Shown one piece after another: positions 24,301 through 36,300 of a DNA stretch of 64,000 nt (position 1 is the stretch's first letter; each line of letters opens with the position of its first letter). Below the pieces are notes generated by a model. The model worked only from the letters and a program-made list of their open reading frames with translations, was not told the origin of the DNA and did no database searches. The DNA comes from Perna viridis (lineage: Eukaryota): positions 2,852,001 to 2,916,000 of the forward strand of contig CM074518.1 in the NCBI GenBank assembly GCA_037379345.1. The letters are read 5' to 3'. A program made the translations under genes and the position numbers.

Positions 24301-27300
24301 TAAAAATTCTCCAAAATAGAGTTTGGGAAAATGAATCAAAAGTTTTCCATGAGGATCAGGACTTGATGGCTGACATAAACTCGACTGGTTTTAGTAAATT
24401 ACTTCACTTACATTATGTTTTTCAAATTAAATATTGATGTCATCCTGTATTAAATCCAACAGATTATAGAGAACTGGTGGCAGTTATCCAGGATCATCTA
24501 TATTGCACTTAAACGAACTCTTGTCACTAATGATCAGTTACAACAGCAAACCTCAAGTGCAAATACAGTGGATTCCGCTTAATTGCATAGCCTATTTGCC
24601 AGTAAAAATTATGCAAAAAAACAGGCTATTCTTATAACCGAAGTAACGATTTTACCGGAAATGTGAGTTCAGGTAAGACGACAATACTGTGGATCAACCA
24701 GGGATATCACTGTTCAACATTTCTGATCTGGTATTTAATTGTTTTATCAATAAATAATATATATCGTGTTTGTCTTGTTTATTGACCTTCTTTACCTTGT
24801 GTGTCTTTATAAGTAAAACCACATGTTTCTCATCTATAAATAGTCAAGTAATTTCCTGACCTTTCTATGAAAGAAAATCCCATATTTCATATTTCAGCCA
24901 GGATTCAGTGTAATATTCATCAATGTTTGCAGTTTGTGGGCTTTTGAAATGGTCTGTGTGTTTTTATTCCTCTGTTCAATCACCACTGTACACTTATAGT
25001 TGTGTATTACACGTGTCATTGACCTCGATATATTCCTATGAAGTGTGGATAGTATGGGGCACCTTAGGGTAGTTGAATTTCATTAGCATTGTACTGAATG
25101 AATGACGACTTTTAATTTTCTGTTGATATTTATGCCTAGTAACCCAAGCTCACTAAAAACTGTTCAGCTCATTAAAGAAAATTAAATTTACATTGATAAT
25201 CATTTGTAGTCGGAAGAATATAAATAGGGACAAAAAATACCCCAAGCCGAACCCCAAGCGGCATAATAAGGTGATGTTTGGCATGTCGTCAGAAGTCATT
25301 GTTCACCTAGGTGCTTGTTTATATTAATGTAATTAGAAATCATTTAAATTGTCTTTTATGTCCATTATGTTTTTAATCCAATATTAACACCTCCTGATTG
25401 ATGATAATATAGTTTTTACAACAATGAATACGATTGACATATTTATGAACCGAAGGCTTAAAATAGAATTTGGGAATATCTGTCTTTACCTGGATGCGGC
25501 AAAATTCTCTACGCAATAAACCGAAATGCACCTGCAAGGCCTATGCAAATAAGCAATTTTTCCCTAACAGGATAATAGGAAATGGTTTTGTGCAGGAGAA
25601 AATTATGCTAATAACCGAAATATGCAATAAAGCGATATGCGATTAAGTGGAGTCGACTGTATCTGGATACCATTTTGGAAATGCAAAAGAAAAGTATGAA
25701 AAAAACTTTCACTCCTCTCTCTACCATGTACTAGTCTGTCAAGTTTGTTTTGGTGTTTAATCGTGTTGCTCATTTACTCTACATTATTTGTTACTTTTTC
25801 ATGTGCAAAATTGACAAAAAATGTAAAATAATGTCCTAGCATCCCTTCCCTTTTTTCTGAGGAACCCTGGCTGACATCCCTTCTTTTCAGAGTGTCTGGA
25901 TCTGCCCCTGATATAAGACAGTCAAATTACCTATGAGAAACTGTTCATCTGTAGGAGATGCATGTGACTTAGGATCAATCATTCTGATAACTTCTAACTG
26001 TTCTCTAAGACCTAAATCTTGACTAATTCGCTGACTTAGCTGATCTACAACGGTTACTTTCTCTGCTTCATTCAGGTCGTTCCTGCAATATAAAAATCAC
26101 AGAATCAAGTCAGGAATATAAGGTTGCAAATGGGTTTAAGGAAAATCAAATTCATTAAAATATATCAATAAATTATGTAGTGTTTGTCACCCTGTATTAA
26201 ATCCATCAGACTACAGAGAACTGTTGGCAGTTATCCAGGATTGTTAATGTTGCACTGTACACACATCTTGTGACCATACAAAGTGATGGAAACAAGAAAC
26301 CTATAAGTGCTTTCAACAAAAGATAACATCAAAGCATTATGTCTGACATATTTTCCAGAAAAAAATTCTATCAAAATCATGGATGATTTTACAAGGTCGT
26401 CAAACTAAGCGGAAATTGGTAAAATCAGACAGAAATTAACAGTAAAACAAAATAATCGTAACAGTACAATTTGAATTTTAATTAGAGGAATTCCACTATA
26501 AAGTGGGAAAAAAAATTATTCCTGCAAAATTTAACGACAGTTACAGACAAGCCACTGGCGACAACGATGACAAAAGCTAACATGGTCTTTTAGGCCAGAC
26601 GAGCTAAAAAATACATGCCAACAAATCAAACAATAAAACCTATGTAAATAAAGTGTCAGCACAGGGAAAATCAACGACCAAAATCACAGAACCAAACTTA
26701 ATCTGTATAATTTTAATATCTGGAAACATTAAGATTAAAGCCTTAAAAATGTGACAACAAATTATAGCCTCTTTAATGTTGGTAGGAGACTAAAAATAAC
26801 AAATTGAGCAATCTTTCAAAAAAGGTTTAACATTAAAATCTACAATTATCTTAAGTCTTGACTTAAGTTTAAGAAGGACATAACAACTAATTACAGTCTT
26901 CCAGTAACTTTACGGACATTCTGTTTTTATACTATAAAGTAACAATAAGAGTCTAAGTGTTTTTTCATGGGTTCTGTTTTGTTTTGGGCATTTTTTGTTT
27001 GTTTGTTGTTGCGTATCAGACATATTCTTGTACACAAAGATTGTCATAACATGTCACCCTGTATTAAATCCATCAGACTACAGAGAACTGTTGGTAGTTA
27101 TCCAGGATTGTTAATGTTGCACTGTACACACATCTTGTGACCATATAAAGTGATGAAAACAAGAAACCTATAAGTGCCTTTAAAGATTTAGAATATTGCT
27201 CCACTAAGGGCAATAACTCCAACATGGCTAAGGTCTCACTAACCACTTCCGGGTCAAATGGCCACCCCCCTATGTAGTACCAAAAACACACTGAACCTAG

Positions 27301-30300
27301 ACATATGCATTGTAAGTGCATTATTTGTGTGTATTACGATTAAAAGTAGTCAAAATAAAGCTGAGAATATGTACTTTAAAATTATATAGCTTTATATGTA
27401 ATTAACTACAAAAGTGTATGAATATTGTTTACATGTGTGAGTAATTTGCCTCCATGCTGTCAATTAGCAAAACAAGTAAAAATGTGGATTTTCAGTATTA
27501 TTTATTCAAGTAAATTTTGTGAAAAATTTCTAGTCATCGTACCATTAGCATAATGATTTTGGAAGCCTTACTTCCAAGCTTCGCAACCGTATGCAACTTT
27601 AAGATATCATTTGTCCTGGAAATTCACAGTGAGACTTTGAAAATTACTTTTTTAACATGTAAAGAAATGGTAACGTAAGATTTGACCAGAGATAGATCTC
27701 ATCATGCTGAACACTTTTACCAAGTCAGAATTCAGCTAAACCTAACGCTTTAGGAGATATATGCAGTTTCAGAGAAAAAGAGTTTTGTGTAATTGTTAAT
27801 GACGACGATGACAGACCCCAAGTGATGGCAATAGCTCACAAGCTAAAAAAGACAAAATTTTCAAGAAAAGGTATCTGTTATTACTTATAAAGCAAAAAAA
27901 TATGATGGCAGCCATGAAAACTTGTCCAAGAGTTATGGTTTATACTGTTATCCTGCATAAAAACCACCAGACTAAAAAGTCAGGTGATTGCTATCCAGAA
28001 TAATTGCTGTAGCACTTCACGAACCACCTGTAGCCATACAATCAATGACAACAAGAAACCTATAAGTGCCTTTAAAGATTTAGAATATTGCTCCACTATT
28101 TACTTGAAATTTCTTTTTTCAAAGTAAGTTAAACAGCCATTTTGATCGTACCTATTTTTTTCCCTTTTAAACTTTAAAAAAAAAAAGCCAAACACTACTA
28201 TCAGCAAGACCTTGTGGAGTCAAAAAGTAGTTATATGATTGATCAACTTCTATACTTAAGAAACCATAACTAAAATACAACAGATTAATTTTTACAGAAA
28301 TCAATCACTAATTGATAAGATGAAGAAAATAAACTTTCAAGCAAAATAGATATTTTGAAAACCCATTACTTTTCATATTTCAAGCATTAAACCTGAAGAT
28401 TTTAGAGCAGAAAGAGCCCACTCTTTCAATTAAGTTGAACTGTGATAACCAAAGAAATCAAACATATTTCAGAGTGCTAGTTAGTTTAAAGTTGGCTCAA
28501 TTTTTTTTAATAAATTAAAAAAAGACACAATTTTCAAGAAAAGGTATCTGTTACTATTTATACAGCAAAAAATATGATGGCAGCCATGAAAACTTGTCCA
28601 AGAATTATGGTTTATACTGTTATCCTGCATAAAAGCCACCAGACTACAGTCAGGTGATTGTTATCCAGAATCACTACTGTAGCACTTCACGAACCTCCTG
28701 TAGCCATACAATCAATGACAACCAACCTCCTGTAGTCATACAATCAATGACAACCAACCTCCTGTAGCCATACAATCAATGACAACCAACGTCCTGTAGT
28801 TATACAATCAATGACCATGAACCTCCTGTAGTCATACAATCAATGACAACCAACCTCCTGTAGCCATACAATCAATACAACCAACCTCCTGTAGTCATAC
28901 AATCAATGACAACGAACCTCCTGTAGTCATACAATCAATGACAACCAACCTCCTGTAGCCATACAATCAATGACAACCAACCTCCTGTAGTCATACAATC
29001 AATGACAACGAACCTCCTGTAGCCATACAATCAATGACCACGAACCTCCTGTAGCCATACAATCAATGACAACCAACCTCCTGTAGTCATACAATCAATG
29101 ACAACGAACCTCCTGTAGCCATACAATCAATGACAACCAACCTCCTGTAGCCATACAATCAATGACAACCAACCTCCTGTAGGCCATACAATTTAATGAC
29201 AACCAACCTCCTGTAGTCATACAATCAATGACAACGAACGTCCGGTAGGCCATACAATCAATGACGACCAACCTCCTGTAGTCATACAATCAATGACAAC
29301 CAACCTCCTGTAGCCATACAATCAATGACCACGAACCTCCTGTAGCCATACAATCAATGACAACCAACCTCCAGTAGCCATACAATCAATGACAACCAAC
29401 CTCCTGTAGTCATACAATCAATGACAACCAACCTCCTGTAGCCATACAATCAATGACCACAAATCTCCTGTAGCCATACAGTCAATGACAACAAGAAACC
29501 TATAAGTGCTTCCTACTTTCATTTACTGCAACAAGGGTTATGTTATAGGTGGTAGTTTTTCTTAGAAAAGAAAGTGAAAACAAGGAGTATGTGAATCCTA
29601 CCAACATGAAAAAAAAAACTGACTAAGATACTGTGTGGACCTTCAAAGAATGGTCAGAACTTTCCCCAAGCTAGAGCCTGCCTTCAAGAAGGTTTAATAT
29701 GGGTTTTTGAGTGTATCAATCCTAATTGGACATTTGGTCAGAGAATTTGAAGACTAAACCAAAAGTTTTGATCTCATAAAACAAGTAATTATGCTGATGT
29801 GGAAATAAAGTCACAGTCCCAGTCTGGGTTACCTATTTTTTTAATTCTCGCAATGCCCAAATGTTCTGACATCATTAGTAATTTAGTTTGATTTTTTCAA
29901 GTTTATCACTCCAAGCTAAGATTATCTTTTCCTCAATTCTACCTAGGCTTGTAGATTACAGTTCCACAAAAGGAAAATGTAAAAAATTTAATTTGAAATT
30001 GGAACAATTTTGTACAGTGGATTCCGCTTAATTGCATAGCCTATTTGCCAGTAAAAATTATGCAAATAACCGGGCTATTCTTATAACCGAAATTATGATT
30101 TTACCGTTAGTGTGAGTTCAGGTAAGACGACGATACTGTGGATCAACCAGGGATATCACTGTTCAACATTTCTGATCTGGTATTTAATTGTTATAGACCT
30201 TCTCATTGTATTGTTCTTTTATCAATAAATAATAATATATATTGTGTTTGTCTTGTTTATTGACCTTCTTTACGTTGTGTGTATTTATAAGTAAAACCAC

Positions 30301-33300
30301 GTGTTTCTCATCTATAATTAGTCAAGTAATTTCCTGACCTTTCTACGAAAGCAAATCCCATATTTCATATTTCAGCCAGGATTCAGTGTAATATTCATCA
30401 ATGTTTGCAGTTTGTGGGCTTTTGAAATGGTCTGTGTGTTTTTATTCCTCTGTTCATTGTACACTGATAGTCGTGTATTATACGCGTCATTGACCTCGAT
30501 ATATTCCTATGAAGTGTGGATAGTATGGGGCACCTTAGGGTAGTTGAATTTCATTAGACATTGTATTGAATGAATGACTTTTAATTTTCGTATAATATTT
30601 ATGCCTAGTAACCCAAGCTCACTCAGAACTGTTCAGCTCATTAAAGAAAATTAAATTTACATTGATAATCATTTGTATTCGGAAGAATTTAAATAGGGAC
30701 AAAAAATACCCCAAGCCGAACCTCAAGCCGCATCATAAGGTGATGTTCGGCATGTTGTCAGAAGTCATTGTTCACCTAGGTGCTTGTTTATTTTAATGTA
30801 ATTAGAAATCATTTATATTGTCGTTTATGTCCTTGATTTTTTAATCCAATATTAACACCTCCTGATTGATGATAATCTAGTTTTTACAACAATAAATATG
30901 ATTGACATATTTATGACCCGAAGGCTTAAAATAGAATTTGGGAAAACCTGTCTTTACCTGGACGAGGCAAAATTCTCTATGCAATAAACCGAAATGCACC
31001 TCCAAGGCCTATGCAAATAAGCGATTTTTCCCCTAACAGAATAATAGGAAATGGTTTTGTGCAGGAGAAAATTATGCTAATAACCGAAATATGCAATAAA
31101 GCGATATGCGATTAAGTGGAGTCAACTGTATCAGACACAATATAAATTTTATTTGTTCTTATAACAGGTTTTTACACCAAGAGTTTCGAATTTCCAGATT
31201 GTACACCAGAAGGAAAGGGGGCTCTATTTGAGTTTTGAGGGAACTAGGCAGTTGTACAAGTGACTGATCAATACTTATGTCTCATTTGTAATTTTTGAAC
31301 TTTTAAACTTGTATTTTACATATATTGCAGGTTTGTTACATATATTTTTGTATTGCTTCTATAAAGTGTGCTGCCTAAGTAAATAAATATCTGTAATTCT
31401 GCCAAGATGTCCGAAGAGTTTTTTTTTTCATTTTCGAACTTCACTTCTAAAATCAATCACTTGAATGTACACTTTGATGGGCAACTCCATGAACCAATAT
31501 AAAAATTTGATAATTGCTGTAGGGCTTCTAAAATATCTTACCACTTTTTGTTTTTTCTATGTCTACTTCTCCTTGATGAACAGCCAGTACATGATACATC
31601 AATGCAGGATTCTTCTTCCTCACCACATGAAACATCTGTAATGACGGACAATGCTGAATTTTTCAATGATAGTCTGTCACATTTATCACAGGGAAGGGAG
31701 AAAGCAGGATCCAACCTTGTGTCACAGTTATCACATGGAAGGGAGACAGCAGGATCTGATCTCGTGTCACAGTTATCACAGAGGGTAGAAACAACAGAAT
31801 GTGTTGTGTCTGGAAAAAGTCCTATTTCTTCTACAAAGAGAGGATATATGCTCAAATAGAGAAAATAAATGTAAATTAAACAATGCCAATACAAACCATT
31901 GAAAACAATTCATGCTAAAATAAGTACCATATAGCGGGTTATTTTCGAGGTGGTTTTATTTTCGCTTATTTTCGCGGTGTGACGGAAATCGCGAAAATAA
32001 ATCCCGCGAAAATATCCATCTATCGGAATACATATTTTCAACTAAATAGCAAGGGGACTTTCCATATTTCCTAACGGTAGACGGATCAATATGTATTTAA
32101 ATTGTGAATACTTTTTAAGATCGATCAACCCCGACATTCTAGTCCGACGTCATGAATGAATCTCACTACATTTCACACAAAATAGTATTACGACAGGAAT
32201 GCTAAGTAAAAGTTGAAAATGAGCATCTTAAATTTTTTCAAGCCGAGAACCTTTGTGCCTTCCGAAAAATCAGAATTGGCTGATGTAGTGGGTCCAAGTG
32301 CTTTGAAAGAAGCAAATGAGCGTGTGATTGAAATCATAACGGAAAAAGTGGATTCCGAGAAACCGGAATTAGTGTTGTCTTGGGTGACCTTCTCGAGGAC
32401 GAACTCGAGGACGAACTACCACTTGCTAGGATGTCACGCTCAAAATGATTTGATTTTATTTTAATACATTATCTGTATATGTTTTATTCTGACTTTGTCT
32501 TTCTTGTCATTCAATAAAATATTTTATCTTTTAGTGTTTCGTACTTAAAACAATTTCCTTTTAGTACTGAACATTTCCGTTTTTGCAATGATGCATCTTT
32601 TTTTTATTTCCTACAAAAATGCAACAAAAAATATATGTACACAACACACTTACCGCGAAAATATTTTGTTGCAAATTCACAAACCGCGAAAATAAAACCC
32701 GCAAAAATTTTTTACACACTTTTTGATACAGAAACCGCGAAAATTTACCCCCGCGAAAATAACCCGCTATACGGTATTTGATTGTCTAGATCATCAGGAT
32801 ATTAAGAATTTAGTGAAACAAATCTATCATGATAATACAGAAGGACAGAATATACCAACTGAGCTATATAATAAATCACTAAGAAACTATCAACCTTAAT
32901 TTTACATACCTTTCAAGAGTTTTGTAATTGTTAGTTTATGCTCTATTGACCAGAAGATACCAATAATCACAAATCATTTTTGAGAAACAGGACGACATGT
33001 GAAAAAAGAACACCTCCTATTTTAGTTACAAATCCTGTTATTCAAAAAGTTTTAATCGAATTTCATCAAAAAGTGTACAAACTGTTTGACCATCATAAAA
33101 AACAACTACAATATTTTCCAGACTATAAGTTGATGTGGAGTATAAGTTGAATTGGCCTAATTTAGACCACAATCCATGAAATAAACATAGATAAGTCAAA
33201 TTGCCAGATAAGTAGAGGGTCAGATGTGTGCATTTATATTGTAGCTGAGATCAGAGTTGAGCAGTTTGTTTTTCCAAAAATGTTACTTAATTTGTACAGT

Positions 33301-36300
33301 ATTTCTGAAATAAATTAATATTAGTATTTTTGCTATAGTGTACTTTGTCTGCAAGTTCAATTATTTTTATTAAATTGCATGTCAATTGCTCTGAAGCCTT
33401 AGATCATCAGGTGTACGAAATCGTAAACATGTCAAACATAGGCACCCATGTGTGAAATTTGCTGAAAATGAATAGGTCATAATTATGAGCGGTAATTAAT
33501 AAACAATATAACCTGGTATTTTGAAATACAATAAAAAAAATTGTTACCTGTAAATTTGGTTGCAATTAGCCACTTAGTCTAACACCTTAACTGATTATAA
33601 TTTGAGCCACATGCAGATGTGTTGTGACATACCGTAAATGGGTATAAATTTGCACATTAAAGGACCGATAACCCTGGAACACTCAATAATGTTTTTCCAG
33701 TTATAAATGAGTTTTGTAAACCTATCTTCTAGAGCTTGTTTATATATTTTAATGGTTTCAAAGTTTTTTTATTAACACTGTCATATTCATTCATTTATCA
33801 ATTTAATTTCATAAATAATCTTCTGAGTTTGATCGCCGGTTTGACTGTTTGAATTAATTTCAGTTTACCAAAAATTTTGAATGAAAGCAATCAAAAGTGC
33901 ACTGAACAAATCTAACAAAATGAATTGTAGATGACATTTTTTTCTTGAAAAATCCTCATATAAGTGGAAGTGGAAAATAAGCCGAGGCTGACACTTTGCT
34001 GAAAAAAGTATCAACTCATAGTCCAGAAAATATGGTATATTAAGTTTTAAGATAATTGGATAAGGACATGATTACAACAGACAGACAGATGCCAGACATT
34101 TGTATACCATAATACATCCCATCAAGATTGATGGGTGTATAAAAACTGGCCTTATAAAATTTTAAATACTCAGTTTACAAACCCAGAGACACAAAGCACA
34201 ATCAATTCTGAAGAACAGAACCACTTCAGGCCTAAAAAAAAAATATGTGTTTCCGGTAACCCGATCAACCCTAGTCTGTGCCCCCCGACCCTAACTTTTT
34301 TATGGCGTCATAAAAAAAAATCCGAAATTACGGTGTTTTCCATCGTCGATTTGCATTTTATTGTATTTATATTGCTCTCCCGTGTGGAGACCCATTATCA
34401 CAGTAACAACGTTATGGCGAACACCAGTGTGGAGACCCATTATCACAGTAACAATGTTATGGCGAACACCAGTGTGGAGACCCATTATCACAGTAACAAC
34501 GTTATGGCGAACACCAGTGTGGAGACCCATTATCACAGAAATAACGTTATGGCAAACACCAGTGTGGAGACCCATTATCACAGTAATAAAAGTTATGGCG
34601 AACACCAGTGCGAGTTCAGTATTTGCAATCAAAATTGTAAAATGTCAGCACTTGGAGGCTAAAAACCTACTGAAATGTTTGGAACATTGAAAAAAAAAAA
34701 AACCTACCTACCGACCCTAATTTTGAAAAGGGTGTTACCGGAAACATAATTTTGTTTTTAGGCCTTAGTTATAAGTGTAACCATATGTTTAAACCATGAT
34801 TCAATAGCATGTTCCATGTAATTCAACATATGGACAGTGCTATGGCACATTTCACACATACACACTACCATGGTAACGATTAAGGTGAAAACCCAAATGT
34901 GCAATGTTCAAGATAGAACTTAATTTCAATACACAAAGCCAACAGATTCGGCCTTACCTCTAAAGAGAGGCAATAAATTTGACAAGAAGTTGTCCATCAA
35001 TTTTGACTCAAAAAGACTTTGGTAGGACTTATCATAAGGATTATTTCAGCAACTGAAAGTTTCTTTTTATCTATTGTAGTTTCAAGATATTGGCTGAAAA
35101 CTGTAAAAAAAAACATGTCAAACTTTCATATTTCAAAGGCAACAACTCTTACAAGGACTCATCTGACAACTTTTATCCCTGAAGACTTTTGAAGGCCTTA
35201 TAACAAGCAACATTTCAGCAACTGAAAGTGTTTGGCTTAACCTAAAGGTTTTGGAGATATATGTGAAAAAATACTGTCTGACCCCTATGTTCTATTTTTA
35301 TTAACGGCGGCCATGTTTTTCAACAGATCAAAAATTCCCACATCAGTTCTATGCAGGATATCCCAAGGAACATTCATACGAAGTTTGGCTCCAATTGGTC
35401 AAGTAGTGTCAGAGAAAAATTTTGAAATAAATAACATTAAATATAGCAAAAAACCACTGAAAAAGATAAATAACTCCAACATGGCTGAACGTATTTAAAC
35501 GAAAATTTGACCACAGAAAGATCTCATCAAGCTGAATACTTTTACCTGAAACAGAATTTAGCTTAACCTGGTTTTGGAGATATATGCGAAAAAATAATGA
35601 CTGACCTCTTTGTTCTATTTTTAGTAATCCCCACATCACTTCTATGCAGAATACCCTAAAGGACATTCATACCAAGTTTGGTTCCGATTGGTCAAGTCGT
35701 GTCAGAGAAGAGTTTTGAAAAATTGTTAAGGACTACAACAAACGACAACATTGGATGCCAAGTGAAGACAATAGCTATGATGGCCTTCGGAATATTTGAA
35801 AAGAGAAATGAAATTTTTCAGTAAGCTTTGAGTAGCTATTGAGCAATGTTTCACATTTAAATTTTAAAATATCATCTTTGTTCAGTCGAGTCAAAAAGTT
35901 CCTGTTCTGTTGTCAATGTCACCCTGTGAAAACACAATCAAACTACAGTTTTTTTATCGCTGCACATCCATTTGCACAGAGAAAATGAAAGCTGATTGCC
36001 AATCACTTCTCCATTAAATCTTGTGGTAGAGACCTTGTTAAATGTTAAATCAATTCTGCAACAAGTGCTTGAGCATGAGACTTGTTTATCTGTTTTGTTT
36101 TTATAGCATTTTCAGACACTGTAATAGATCTTAATGGCAATAATAAAACAAACTGTATTCTGGTTACCTGTTCCAGTCTCTTGTATATCTTGAATTATAT
36201 TTAATACTGATGAAGCCAGGTCACCAAAGAGGTCAACCTCTGTATCACCATCAAGGTCAAGGTAGAGGTCATCACCACATTCTGAGCTGGCTATACTGGT

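Noticed and set aside
34135-34690. 175-, 110- and 109-aa repetitive ORFs
   Set aside because: Produced by the 45-bp repeat inside a MITE.
35870-36160. Coding-like minus-strand segment and acceptor near 35924 as an extra FAM199X exon
   Set aside because: Stops occur in all three phases after the acceptor, and the flanking exons already join in frame.
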